Source: the human T2T-CHM13v2.0 reference genome, Homo sapiens. Taken from it: a DNA stretch of 64,000 nucleotides. This document shows positions 38,702 through 54,833 of the stretch, piece after piece. Numbering within the stretch: the first letter of the stretch is position 1; every line of letters starts with the position of its first letter. The notes under the pieces were generated by a model. It had not been told where the DNA came from. It saw nothing but the letters and a program-made list of their open reading frames with translations, and searched no databases. The DNA is taken from the NCBI RefSeq assembly GCF_009914755.1, contig NC_060930.1, one strand, 5' to 3'. The position numbers were made by a program, and so were the translations under genes.

Positions 38702-41510
38702 TCATTAACACAACTAAATGAGATTCATCTCAGGGACAGAATGACGTTTCAACATACACAATTCAATCAACATAATACATCACATAATAGAATGAAGGAT
38801 ACATCACATAACAGAATGAAGGACAAAAATCATTTCAATCAATGTTGGAAAAACATAAAATTTAACATCCTTTCATAAAATTACTTGCAGCAAACTGGGT
38901 ATAAAGGAAACATACCTCAACTTGACAAAAGTCATATAAAACAAACCCACGGTTCATGTCATACTGAATGGGGAAAGGCTGAAGGCATTTCCTCTAAGAT
39001 CTGGAACAAGACAAGGATGCCCACTTTTACCACTTTTATTCAACATGGTACCAGAAGTCCTAGCCAGGGCAATTAGACAGGAAAAAGAAATAAAGGGCAT
39101 TTAAACTGGAAAGGAAGAATTTAAGTTGTCCTTGTTTGTGTCTTTATATTTAGAGAAACTTAAAGACTTTACCAAAAAAACTGGTAGAACTGATAAATTA
39201 ATTCAGTAAATTTGCAGGATACAAGAATCATTAGCATTTCTATACGCCAACAGTGAAGGATGTGGAAAAGAAATCAAGAAAGCAATCCTTTTTACGATAG
39301 CCACAAAAAATACCTAGAAATAAACTTGACTAAAGTTTTTATCTCTACAATAAAAACTACTAAACACTGATGAAAGAAATTGAAGAAAATGCACAAAAAA
39401 GAAAGATATCTCATGTTATGGATTAGAAGAATTAATACTATTTAAATGTTCATACTACTCAAAGCAACCTACAGATTCAATGCAATCCCTGTCACATACC
39501 AATGACATTCTTCACGGAAATAGAAAAAACAATCCTAAAATTCACGTGGAACCAGAAAAGACCCCAAATAGCCAAAGCAATCCTGAGCAAAAAGAACAAA
39601 GCAGGAAACATCACAATACTATACTTTGAAATATACTACAAATCTATGGTAACCAAAACATAGCACTGGCATAAAAACAGACATATAGACCAATAAAACA
39701 GAATAGAGAACCCATAAATAATTCCTTGCATTTACAGCCAAGTCATTTTTGACAAAGTTGTTAAAAATATACATTAAGGAAAGGACAGTATTTTCTATAA
39801 ACGGTGCTGAGAAAACTGGATATCCATATGCAGAACAATAAGATTAGATTCCTATCTCACCAATTACAAAATTGACAAATGGGATCATATCAAGCTAAAA
39901 AGCTTCTGTACAGCAAAGGAAGCAACCAACAGAGTGAAGAAACCACCTACAGAATTAGGTTGAATTAGAAGAATTAGGCCCCATCTCCCACCATATACAA
40001 AATTAGTAAAGAATATTTGCAAACTATCCAAAAATGGACTACTAATCAGAATATATAAGTAACTCAAAACTCAATAGCAAAAACAAAAAAACAAAAAAAA
40101 ACAACAACAAAAAAAACCTTCCAAATAATCTGATTAAAAATGGGCAAAAGACCTTAACAGGCATTTCTCAAAAGAAGACAAATGGCCAACAGGTATATGA
40201 AAAAATGCTCAACATCATCAAGGAAATCAAAATCAAAATCAGATACCATCTCACCCCAGTTAAAATGTGTTATCAAAATAGATAAAATAAATGCTACCAA
40301 AGATGTAGAGAAAGGGGAACATTTGCACACTGTTAGTGGGAATGTAAATTAGCACAGCCACTATGAAAAATAATATAGAGGCTCCTCCAAAACTAAAAAT
40401 ATAACTACCATATGATCTAGCAATCCTATTGCTGGGTATATATCCAAAAGAATGGAAATCAGTATATTGAAGAGATATCTAAACAACCCCCTCTTTATTT
40501 TTGCAGCGCTATTCACAATAGTCAAGATATGGAATCAACCTAAGGGTCCATCGATGGATTAATGGATAAAAAGAAAATGTGGTGTATATACATAGGCAAT
40601 GGAATATTATTCATCCATAAAGAAAAGAATGAAATCCTATCATTTACAGTGACATGGACTGAACTGGAGGACATTATGTTAAGTGAAATAAGCCAGGCAC
40701 AGAGAGACAAATATCACATGTTCTTACTCATAACTGGGAGCTAAAAACATAGATCTCATAAAAGTAGTGGATAGACTGGTGGCTACCTCTGGTAGCTAAA
40801 AGGTTTGTGAGGGCAGGGGATAGAAGGAATACTACCTAGTGTTTGATAGCACAGTAGGGTGACTATAGTCAATAATAACAACTTATTGACTATTTAAAAA
40901 TAGCAAAGAAAATTTGGAATGTTTCCAACACACAGAAATGATAAATGTTTAAGATAATGGATACTTCAGTTTCCTGGATTTAATCATTACACATTGTATG
41001 CTTGTATCAAAATACCACATGTACCCCATAAATGTGTGTAACTCTTATGTATCCAAAAAAAGCAAATATTTTAAAAAACACAAGTCTCCTACTACATAGT
41101 GAAGGGCAAAGAAAATCAGCTTTAGTCAGACTTCTGAGACAATCCTAAGTAGCTGAGATTTGAGCTTCTTTGTTACTTCCAAGAAAAATGTTAAGTTTCC
41201 TTTTCCCACCATAATTTTTAAGCCCCACCTATTCTATCTTCTAGCCATCACTTCTTTTGTTTAACAAATAGAACAAATAGTTCACCACATAGTTGCTGTA
41301 CACAGCGGGAGGAGATTGTCTAGGGAAAGACGGAAGAAGAAAGCAAAATGAATGAAGGCTGGTAAGGATTACAGGAGTAAATGGATACTTATCTCTATCA
41401 GTCAGGATTAGCGAGGTCCTGTGATGGTAGCAAATTATCCCAGAGTCTCAATATCAGTACAACAAAGCCTGATAAGTCAGGAAGCTCCTCCTGGTATAAG
41501 AAGCTCTTCC

Positions 41511-41875
<365 letters not shown>

Positions 41876-41926
41876 TTATTAGGCGATCCCAACAATCATC
41901 CAAACAAAGGAAGAAAGAATGGAGAG

Positions 41927-42257
41927 CAGGGATCCCCAACCCCTGAGCTGCAGGCCAGTACAGGTCTGTGGCCTGTTAGGAACTGGGCTGCACAGCAGGA
42001 GGTGAGCAAGCGAGCCATCAAGCATTACCACCTGAACTCCACCTCCTGTCAGATCAGCAGGAACATTGGATTCTCCTGGAGCGTGAACCCTATTGTGAAC
42101 TGCACACATGCGCCGAATCTAGGTTGCATGCTCCTTATGAGCATCTAATGCTTGATGATCTGAAGTGGAACATCAAGTTTCATCGTGAAACCATTACTGT
42201 GGAAAACTTGCCTTCCTTGAAACCAGTCCCTGGTATCAAAAAGTTTGGGGATTGCTG
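41927..42257 (+). mobile_element. hAT-Charlie MITE, MER1B
   Basis: TIRs cagggatccccaac / tttggggattgctg; gcctgttaggaactgggctgcacagcaggaggtgagc; 8-bp TSD atggagag/atatagag. Confidence 0.9.
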
Positions 42258-42754
42258 ATATAGAGGACTCGTTCTTGCTTATTTTTTCCACTGGACTAAA
42301 AGTGAAAAACCCCAGTGTGGGTAGCCTGTTCACCAGAAATAGTCACGTCGCCCTGGTCTAACTGCAAGAGAATGGAGGGAGTACAGTATTCCTGTGTGTT
42401 TAAGAAGTGGAAAATAAAACAGAATTTGGAGAACACTTAATATTGCCTCTTCTATGTGACATGAAAGTGAGAAAATTATGTGATTAAACATAATAGCCTG
42501 AAAAGCTAAAGAAACAGAATGCCTAAAACATCAATATTGCATATATATTATAAGAGAAAGATAAAAGTCTGAGAATAAATCACTAGCCAAAAAAATGCTC
42601 AAATATATGAGACCAATTTGTTTTTTGTTACTTGTAACACTGCCCATAATAGGGAAAATCAGGAGAAAAACTGTTTACAGCTAAACAAATTAAGGCATAT
42701 CCATGCCACAGAATATCACCAAGAAATTTAGAAGAATGAGTTACATCTATATAC

Positions 42755-45150
42755 AAAATTTACTGTATGCCAACAAATTCAATATTCTAGATGAAATGGA
42801 CAAATTCTGAGAATGACACAAACTACCAAAACTGACCTAATTTTTTTTTCCAATGAGGAGGCCTAGAACAAGTAAGGTGATTGAATTCGTAATCAAAAAA
42901 CTTCTCACAAATAAAATTTCAGGACCAGTTGTCATCAGTGAATTCTACCAAAGGCTTAAAGAAGAATTTATACCAATCTTTCACAAACTCTTCTGAAAAA
43001 ATAAAGAGCCCATAAGCAAATCTGAAGGGGAGGAAACACTTCCCAACTCATTCCATGATGTCAGTATTACCCTGCTATCAAAATCAGATGCAGACATCAC
43101 AAGGGAAAAAAAAAACACTACAGGCCAATATATTTTATGACTGTAGATCTTCAACAAAATGCTAGCAAACCAAATACAGCAGCATTTACAATGAATTGTA
43201 CGCAATGACCATGTTCGTTTTATCCCAAGAACTCGTAATTGTTTCAACATACGAAAACCCATCAAGGTAATATCTTATATGAATACAATAAATAACAAAA
43301 AATACATTTTTATCTCAATGAATGCAAGAAAATCATGTGACAAAATGTAACACATTTCTGTGATAAAAACCCTTAACAAACTAGGAATATAAAATAACTT
43401 CCTCAATCAGATAAAGCATATTTATGATAAACCTACCTACATGCTCCCTATGGTCAGGAGCAAAACGAGGATGTCTGTTCTTGCTACTTTTATCTAATAT
43501 TGTAAGTGAGGTCCTAGTCAGGGCATTTAAGCAAGACTATAAAACACAGATATATAGATTAGGAAGAAAAGAGTAAAACAATCTCTATGACTTTTTTTTT
43601 CTATTTAAAAATCTCAAGGATTTCACAAAAACAGAACAAAAGAAAACAAAAACAGCTAAAAACAAGTTGTACAAGGGTGCAATATACAAAATTAACACAC
43701 CAAAGCCAATTGTATTTCTATACACTGGTAATGAACAATCTGAAAATAAAATTAAGAAAACAATTTCATTTACAATAGTGTCAAAGAGAATATATTAATA
43801 ATATAATTTTAAAAGTGTAAGAAGTGTAAGACTTACGCACCAAATACTGTAAAACATCATTGAAAGTAGCAAACTAACAAAGACTAAATAAATTTTAAAA
43901 ACCTTATGTTCATAGAATGAAAGAATATTGTTAAGATGGCAATACTCAAATTGATCTACACATTCAACACAATTCCTATCAAAATCCCAGCTGATTTATT
44001 TCCAGAAAGTTGCAAGCCGATTCTAAAATTATCTCACGCCTTCTGCCAAAGTTAAATCAGAATGGATGAAAAATCTAAAAGCAATAGCTTAGACTCTAAA
44101 CTCTTATGAGAAAAGATATGCACAAATCTTCATGACCTTGAGTTAGGCAATGGTTTCTTACATATAATATCAAAAGTACAAGTAAAAACAAAAAATGTTA
44201 GACTTCACTAAACAATGTAAAAATGTACATCAAAGGACATTATCAAGAAAGTGAAAAGACAACCTCTTTGCAAGTTGTATACCAGATAAGGATCTAGTAT
44301 CCAGAATAAAGAACTCTTATAACTCAACAACAAAACGGACAAAGGGTGTGAAGAGACATTTCTCCGATGATGATACACACATTCCCATAAGCACATGAAC
44401 AGATGCTCAACATCATTATTCCAAATGTAAACCAAAACCACAATGAGGTGCTGCTTCACCCCCACTAGAGGCTATTATCAGAAAAACAGACAATAACAAG
44501 GATGTGTGGTTATCTTCCAGTATATCTGATGGGACTGTAAAATGGTGTAGCCACATTGAGAAACAGTATGGCAGTTTCTTAAAGCTAGTGTTACCATGCC
44601 TGAAACCGGGTTCTACAATGTGACCCAACAATTCCAATCCTAGGCACATATGCAAGAGAGATGAAAACAAATGTACATAAAATGTATCCATATCAACACT
44701 TGTACATGAATAGTCATAGCAGCATTATTCATAATACCTAAAAAGTAGAAACAACACAAATGTCCATTAATTGTAAATGGATAAACAAAATTTGGTATAT
44801 ATACACAATGGTGTATTATTCAGCCATAAAAATGAATGAATTACTGATATATGCTACAACGTGGATAGGCCTTGAACACATGCTATGTGAGAAAAGGCAG
44901 ATGCCAAAGGCCACAGATTCTACTCATGTAAAATGCCAATAGCAAGCGAATTCTTACACGCAGAATTAGATTAGTGTTTACCTGAGGTTTGGGGAAGGGA
45001 AGAATAATAAAGAAGTTTCCTTGTTTGTTTTTGGTTGATGACAATGTTCTGTAATTAGTATTATTGATGGCTGCACAACTTTGTGAAAGTGCTGAAACCC
45101 ACTGAGTGTTTAACTTAAGAGTAAATTTTATGGTACCTGAAAAATAATTA
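42755..45150 (+). mobile_element. L1MB7/8-like 3' half with deletions, probably nested in an older L1ME fragment (~42600-45450)
   Basis: ORF2 remnants (WINKIWYIYTMVYYSAIK at 44760-44942); 3' UTR gatggctgcacaactttgtgaa...gtaaattttatggta. Confidence 0.8.
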
Positions 45151-46504
45151 TGGCATACAAAAATGCATAAGAAAAAAATTATCAAGTGATACTGTCAATG
45201 GAGAAAATAAGGTTGTAGGATAAAATAGAATATAGGCCCATCTATTTAAAATGTTTGCTTATCCATGTACACATTTATGTGTGAAAATGCTTAAGAACTA
45301 AAGTGATGTATGTTGAACTCTTAACAGTAGCTACTTCTGAAGAAGGGTACAGTATTGGGAAGATTTTTAAGGGAAGACTGTATATATTTTGTTTTCTTTG
45401 AATGTTATATAAGGAACATATGTTCATATGTTATATAAAAACTAAATTAAAAGAAAATTAATAAAGTTAGATGTTATGAAATATAAACACTATCTCACCC
45501 CACTTTCAATGCCCAGTTCCATTCTCCCCATTTTATAAAATCTTCCCTACTCCATCATATACTGATTTGTTTTATCTGTACTCTTAAAACTCCTGCCCTT
45601 TATACACTACATAATTCAGTGCCTTATCATACATTTGACTAAACCGATTACATGAGAGAACCCTTGATAAACTGTAAAACATAATATAAATGCCATGCCA
45701 ATACCAATATGTTGGGCAATGTCTTTTGGAATTGTCAGTGTGAAATTAAGAACAGCAAAGCTAAAAATGGAGGCCAAGGTCAAAAGTTAGAAAAATTATG
45801 GGCAAGCTGCCAAACCTAAGTCCTTAAAATAATAGTGATGTCACAGGTCAAATGGAAGTTTTATATTCTGGGTTGACATAAAGACAGACTTCAAATATAA
45901 TAATTTCTGGGCAAATCTAAGCAAACAGTGTTTGATAAGAAAGTAAGCAATTACAACAGGTCCAGAATTCTCATAGAAAAACAGTAACAAAAAAACAAGA
46001 CATAGTTGGAAAGGTACATCCCAAAATAGTCTTAAAGGCAAAGTTCTTGTACATGGCATAGTTTTTATTTTTGCACTATTATTTCATATGTTACCCTCAA
46101 TTTCCCAATTACATTGCAAGACTGCAATTTACCAAGATTTGTTGGATTTAGGAAAAATGCTTGTATTTATCATGCAGCCTCTATATCATTAGATTACATA
46201 CCTGATTAATTTTATTGATTTAACTGAAAGGTACTGACCAGTTACAGTGGGGTTGAAAAATAAAAATTAATTTTCCAAAAATATTAAGTCTGTTCCAACT
46301 AAACCCAAAGTAAATACTGAATGGTCATGATCACCTAATAAAACATGTGGTGCCTATTTCACAGGGATCATGATAAATCTGACATGGAAAATAAAGTAGA
46401 AGAGGGAGTTTGTCGATGCTTGATTTTATCTGACTGTCCCAAACAGCCCAAGTGTCTGACTGAATTTTTAAAATTAATCCTTCTTTCTAACTTTCACTAA
46501 TGGT

Positions 46505-46790
46505 ATTATGATTATTATTAATGTTCTACTAATAGCAGATAATGTGTATTGAGGGTGTACCTTGTACTGGGCCCTGAGCTGAACATTTTTATATAGAGTA
46601 TCTCATTTAATACACCACTGCTATAAAGTAGTAACTATAATCACATATATTGGACAGATGAGAAAGCTGAGGTTGACTGAGTATAAACAACTTGACCATG
46701 ACCACACAGCTAGTAAGTGATAACGATGTGACTCCATTTTGAGCCTAACTCTCAAATTTATGTTCTTTACTCAAATACTACTCTAGCTAT
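46505..46790 (-). mobile_element. MIR SINE
   Basis: acagatgagaaagctgagg...aacttgaccatgaccacacagctagtaagtg. Confidence 0.8.
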
Positions 46791-49700
46791 ACAATACTTA
46801 ATATCCGAACATCACTCAGGATCCTGGGTTCCCATCCTATCCTGCCATGGTCATCTTCTCCTTCAGGACCTCAAAGGAAGTAATTGTCTAGAGCACAAGG
46901 GCAATTAGGGCTTCAGCCTTCAACCCCAATAAAATAACTAGTGAATTAGTCTAGATTCTGCCAGTGACTCTCTTTGAGGAGGCAAATGCTGGGCAAAGTG
47001 GCCTCCTTTTGCCTTTTGTCCTGGGCCCACCATCCACTTACTCTGCCAGTGCTGAAGGAGTGTGAGTCTAGAAGAAATGGCCAATCCAAGAGCAAGACGG
47101 AGTTTGTGCTTAACACAGAAAGTATCCATTTTTTTAATTTGGCAAAATAACCCGGCACAAAAAATGCCAACATCAACCTATCAAGGGAAATTCTGCAAAT
47201 AATCTACTTCTATGATGACAGTGGATTTGATTAGATGATAAGAGGAAACTTCCAGCGCTAAGGAGAATGAAAGCAATTTTATCCAAAATATGAGGGTTCT
47301 AGAAAGTTATTTCCAGTGCCTCCATTATCCTGACAGGCAGAAATACACACTTTTAATTTGCCTGGAACTGATGACAACAGGAATGAATTAAATATGTAAT
47401 CAATCATACTGTTAAATGGAAAAACAATAGGTTTCTGCTTACACATAGCTTGAGAGAGAGATCCAGAAGGTATAACATTCATCTGAGTGCAAAACCCACA
47501 TTAGAGAGAAACTCTACTTTACCTTTATGATTAATAAGGAAAAGATTTTCAAGACACCAATTTTTTGTTTTTGTAAAGTGACATAATATGGAAATAAAAA
47601 AGAAAAAGATAGAAATTAGGTTACTCCTGAGAAATCAGTGTTTATAGGGCTAAAAATCAGAAACAATGCCAAACAAAGAAAAAAAAGAATTCACATAAAT
47701 CAGAAAGGAAATATGACTGTTAATGAAAATGAACACACAAACAAACCTCCAATGCACAAAGCAATGAATCCCTCACTATCCCATATTTCAAATGAACCAC
47801 TAGAGAGGGAAAAAATTGATAGCAACACTTGCAGCTGAAATAACTCTTGCAGTGATAAATTCTCCTCTTTCTTCATGTTGCATTTTTCCCATGATGTTCC
47901 TCTTGGTATTCGGCAACTCTTTTAAAAGAAGATACTTGCAAGCACTGACCTCACCTTTGACTATTTGTCTGTCTCCACAGTTCTTCGCAGATATTACTGA
48001 GCATCACCATAGATGTCCTTCTTCACCTCTTTATCCACAACTGAAGTATAGCCACCTCAAAGCCTCCAGAGGTGCACACCTTAGATCCATCAGCACAAAT
48101 CTGCAAAAGCCATTTCTCACTGAGTGGATGATGATGCGATGTATTTGTCTTCTATCACCATCTCTCTGATTATTTTCAAAGATATAGCTACATATTATTA
48201 GTAATCTAGTTAGCACTAGTAGAAGCAGCAGCAGTAGCAAACATCCTATATACCCTCCTAACCCCACCTCATTCTTGTGAGATGTTGCTACTATTTGAAT
48301 CATTATCCCATTTGTAACTTAACCTCAAATAGGAGATTATGGGTTTCTTTTTCTTTCTTTTTTTCTTTTTCCCAATGGGGCTAAAGCCAGCAGGGAATCT
48401 TCATTAAAATTCACCGTAAGGCCTATTTGTTTGCCATTTCCCTTCCCCCAAGTCACATATTCCTCCCACCCTGCTGTGAACTGCGCAGAGCAGAGGAATG
48501 ACCCGTGGAATCTCATGGTCCTGTGGAGGTGCCAAATTAAGCTGCTCATGTTTGCTAAGTAAAGATGACATATATTTACTGTCTCTGGACACCCCTCCAA
48601 ATAGTGGTATATTCACAACTTTATTTTATTCTGTATTTTAGGAAAGAACATCGCTTTCCTCATGAACAGGTGCAAATACTGCTGACATTTAGAACACTCC
48701 TCAAAGGTAGGGACTAAGGATCTAGGCTTGCATGGTGTGAGTTCTTACTGGAGACCAATATCAGGGCATTCTTGGGTGGTTATTATTATCGTTTGGTTAT
48801 TGCATTCTTCCTCTCTGTCCTGATTAGACATAACTATGCCAGAGTCATACTTCATATTCATCTATAGGAACATCTGGCTCATGTCTAACATTTAATTTCC
48901 ACACCATTAGAGTCAAACAATACATGTACATCAATAGATAATGTAATGCATTATCATGCAAGGCAGAGAGTAGCAATTTATTAGCCTAATTTAAAATAGC
49001 CTTCAGCAAAAAATAGTGCATCTTAATTCAGAGTTTTGAATGGAATGACATGTTTTCAAGTAAAATTCAAAGGTATATACTCAGACATGATTTGGAAGAA
49101 GTTTCCTACATATATTATCTTCTGCATTATTCAAGGAGGGAAGATCAATTCTGTTTTTTTATGTTCCAAACAAATCTAATCCATAATAATACAAAAAACA
49201 AAGATAGCCCTGGGAGAAAATAAGAAAAGGAATTCCTTGGAACATAACTTAGAAATCACAACTTCAATGTACAGGCTGCTAAGAATCTCTTTGCACATGC
49301 TTAAAATCACAGAAAATGTTTTGCTTTGAATGTAGCATGAATTTTGTCTCTATTTCCTAAGACATTTCATTACTATTTTAGGTTTATAGACAATGAATAT
49401 GTAGAGTGTTAGTTTGTCTTTGTAGGAGAATATTATAACTTCTATAAGAATTTAAGCGATGTAATCTTAGAAATTAGCTTAAGCTATGCAGCTTGCACAA
49501 ATCATTATAATTATTAAAAACAAATATTCAAATATCTTCTCAGTTCTTATTAATGAAAACCAACCTCTGCTATTCTAACACGTATATTTGATATAGGAAG
49601 ATGCCCAGTGCTTGTTAACACTGACAAAAACCTTCTCCACTCCCTTAAATAATATAATGGAAATAATAGTATATATTTAGTGCATATATATAGTACAAAT

Positions 49701-51099
49701 TCTAAATTCTGTGACACTCACCAAAGCATAGTCATAAAGCACATTGGATATGACAATTCAGCCTTAGAAGTGATGGAGAAAATTTGTCATCTTGAGGTCT
49801 TCAATAGTACTTAAGCTGCTGTTGAGACTTCTCTCAGCAATGATATGCAAGTCCATGGCCAAGCCCTGTGGTAAATGCAAATTATGTAATTTTTATGACC
49901 TCTCAGATTAATGGAAGAAGTAAGGGATGCACATACAGAACCAGAATACATAGTATAAAGTGCTAAATGCAGTAAGAAAGTTGGAAAAAATGCTTCGGGA
50001 GATAAGGGAGAGAGGAACTGTTTCTGGCTGTGGGAAACAGAAAAGCTTCAAAAAAGGAATTAGCTTTGTGTTGGAACTTGGAGGACAGACTACATACTGG
50101 AGATGTTCAGTGATACAGCCCAGAAGGCAAGGTCCTGGTTTCTAAAGGGAGTCACTGAAGCAGTATGTTACAGTGTACCGGAATTAATTCGGATCATCCT
50201 GACCCCATGTCCCCACATCCTACTACTAATTTTTCTCCTGATAGTACTAATCCTTAGCTTGAATTCACCAATTGGGTTAGAAATATTTGCTCCAGTTCAG
50301 TTCTTGAGATCTTATATCTGAAACCTATATAGTGATTAACATTTTGTTCCCCTCTATGATACTCTGTCATTGTATGTGATTAATTTGGTTTGGTATTGCT
50401 ACCACCTGTGCTGTGACCACCCAGGGTGTTAAAATTTTGTACTAATCCCTGACTGCTTGAACTAATTCCAGTGAACTTCAACCTTTTACAAGTCAATTCC
50501 CAAAATATGTTGTTACCATTGATAGTCTTCAAATGAGTTTGTGGCTCCCATTGGCATAACTTTATCCCAAAAGCCTTGAGCTTATCATATATCTAGTAAT
50601 TTTGTCAGCAATCTCAAATACCTATTTACATGTGCCATACCTTATACCCAGTCTGTGGCACAGGAGCAGATATACAAATTAGGTCTTCCAGTCTTCCAAA
50701 GTTTTCTAAAACTGGGCATGTATTGTGACCTTGAGTTTCATCTTTCTGATATATGTTATAATAAATGTAATAAAATAAATTAAAAATAAGGGTAAAACTT
50801 AGAAATTCACCTTCCCAATCTCCATTCCTCAGCCTCAGTCTCATTTCCCAGAGACAATTACATTTAAATATTTCTAATTTTAGTTCTAGTGTTTGTCACT
50901 ATAAGTACTGGGCTTTAGATAGCTTATGCACACTCCATTCTACAAAGGAGGAATTTAGTTCCCTTACTAGAGTCTTCTTCTGTTTTCATTCTGATTTACA
51001 GTATTTTCAGTTTTTCAAGTGATTGCCTTCATAATTTTAAATGATACTACTCCTTCAATTTGAGATTTCAACATTGAAAATCATAAAAGATTCTTTCTT

Positions 51100-51680
51100 C
51101 TGCTGAATAATATTGAGTGTCCACATTGACAAAATGCTGCACTAGGTTCTAGCAATAAAATGAGTAAAAACAGACATAAACCCTGCCATAGTGAAAATCA
51201 CCACTTAATGAAAAGGGTGATCAATAATAACAAAACAAAATAAATTATAATAAGTGTGGCCCAAAATAAAATCATTATGAGATAAGTTATGAGAATTTAT
51301 ATTAAGGAGGTCAGGGATAGTTTCTCGGAAGAGACCACCCTTGATAAGAAATCTGACCAATGAGTAGGATTTATCTATGTGGAAAATTGTAACAAAGGCT
51401 TTCTAAGCAGAGGAACAGCTTGTGCAAAGACCCTGTGGCAGAGAAGTAATGGTGAGTGTCAGTGGGACTCAAATGGAGAAAGTTAAGAACTGCAGAGATA
51501 TAAGAAAGAAAAGATAAATATCGACTGGCCATTTGAAGCTTTGCAGGGTTTATAAAGGAGTTTTGCCTTTATCCTAAGATCAAGGGAAAGTCACTTAATT
51601 CTGATCAAATCATGATCAGAATAAGGCTTCTGAAAGTTCACCCTGGTTACAGCTTAGTGGATGTAAAGAAATAAGCTGGA
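51100..51680 (-). mobile_element. L2 LINE 3' fragment
   Basis: tattgagtgtccac...cactaggttctag...cagaggaacagcttgtgcaaagaccctgtggcag. Confidence 0.75.
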
Positions 51681-51834
51681 GTCTTACTTCTTTCCCTATA
51701 GATCTTACTTCTCAGTCTTAACATTGCTTTCAAATTGCCAATAATTTTCTTATTTTTATTAGCTTATAACTATATATGAGCCTTCAATATTTCCTCTGCA
51801 AATTGAGTGTAAATGTTAAAAACAATAAAAACAT

Positions 51835-52378
51835 CTACTACCCTATGTCCTAGCAATCCCATTCCTAGGTATTTGCCCAGACACAAATGAGTGCACACAT
51901 CCACCAAAATATTGTGGAAGGATGTCCATAACAGATTCATTTATTACAACCAAGAACCAAAACCAAGTCCAATGTCCAACAACAAAAATGGCTAAATTAT
52001 ATCATGTAAAGAAATATTACACAGCAATGAAAAGAAAATGAACTACTGGTAAACACAATGACAAGGATGACTCTCACAATGGCAGAAGTTAGACACAAAA
52101 TAATACACACCATTGGATTACATTTAGATGAAGTTTAAGAACTGGCAAAACTAATGAATGGAGAAGGAAGTGTGAATGGTGATTACCATTTTGAGAATGG
52201 AAGGATGTGACAGGAAAGGCGCATAAAGACTACTTTTGGGTGCTGGAAATGTTATATATTTTCATCTTGGTAGTTATTACTTAGGTGTGTACATCTTTAA
52301 AACTTGATCAAACCTCATAAAGATTAGTGAACTTGACACTCATTTGACCACATATATTCTACCTCAGTAAAAAATGTA
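51835..52378 (+). mobile_element. L1ME-like 3' end
   Basis: cctagcaatcccattcctaggtatttgccc...ttttgggtgctggaaatgttatatatt; flanking direct repeat aaaaacaataaa. Confidence 0.8.
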
Positions 52379-52803
52379 AAAAACAATAAACAGCATTTAA
52401 AATACTAAGATATTGCAAATATGTCATCCAGATCCAAGTGAGATATCTGGCACATATTCATATGTACCCCTGTAAGGAGATTATTTCAAGAGTGAAAGCC
52501 AAATTCATTCTTTAAAAAAATATTCTATCACTTTCTCAAAATCATGCCATATGGACAGTGAACTTTCACAGTCTACATGTCAGAAAATGTCTTTATTTCA
52601 CTCTGACTTTATTAATTGTTTGGCTCCAAATCATTTTCTCTCAGAACATGGAGGGAGTTGTTACATTGTTTTCTAGAATATGGTGTTGTTAATGAAAAGT
52701 TTAAAGTTATTTTGATTTTTATAACTTTAAAAATTTTCTTTGAAAGCTGTAAGAAATTTTTTTTTACACACAGTGTTCTGAAGTTTCACCATAATTTATG
52801 TAG

Positions 52804-53727
<924 letters not shown>

Positions 53728-54516
53728 CTTTTTGATACTTTCATAACCACAAAATTCTAAATAATACTGAGCTCAAATAATTGTTGAATAAAGAAATAAA
53801 CAGATACTTTACAGCTCCTTTCAAATCTGAAGATGTGAATCTTTACTCTGCCCAAAGAAATTTTCCTGTTACATCTTCAAATATGTTTTACCTTTTTTCT
53901 GAACACTTTATTTTAATAAATATTATTCACAGCTCAATATTTTCACCCATTTTAAAAATTTCTTTGTCTTTTTCTTTACATTCTTATATATAAGGGTAGG
54001 GAGAGATATTTATGAATAGTTCATATCACCAACTTTAACAATTTGTGTCCAAGTTATTATTCAATTATCCTATTCAATGTTTTATTTTGACAATCTTATG
54101 CATTTCTAAGAACCGGTTCTGGTTCTTTTATCTTATTCAATTCTGGATATAATGGCTTCTCAAATCTCTCTGAGAATACTGAAATGATCATGTTTAAGTT
54201 TTCTTTTCTTCCTGATTACCTATTTCTTTACAGAATCAAGTTTCTTTTTATAAGGCCCCTTGTTGCTGCTTCTACACATGTATCTGGTGATTCTTGATTA
54301 TCCACTCACAGTTGTTCATGAACCACTAAGTAATTTGGATATGGTGGATGAGTCTGTCTCCAATGTGCCATGCTGTTTCCATCTTTGTACTTGAGCTCAT
54401 ACTATGACTCCATCTGCATCTGTTAGGCCTTCTTAGTTCCAACATTCACAAATAGCTCCCATCTTTTGGTATTCACTTACAATGAATATCACACAGTACA
54501 TGGTTTAGAAGGGTTC

Positions 54517-54833
<317 letters not shown>

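Larger units (their letters stand above)
34461..41078 (+). mobile_element. Near full-length decayed LINE-1, L1MA4-like, with internal deletions
   Basis: 5' ggaggtggagcaagatggccgactag; ORF1 remnant (EIYNLSDREFKINIL), ORF2 remnants, L1MA-type 3' UTR; degenerate TSD aagactcctat / aagtctcctac. Confidence 0.88.

Noticed and set aside
38776-38822. 24-bp tandem duplication atacatcacataa(t/c)agaatgaagg, and similar ones near 12445, 15880, 36658 and 59035
   Set aside because: Ordinary slippage duplications inside decayed elements.
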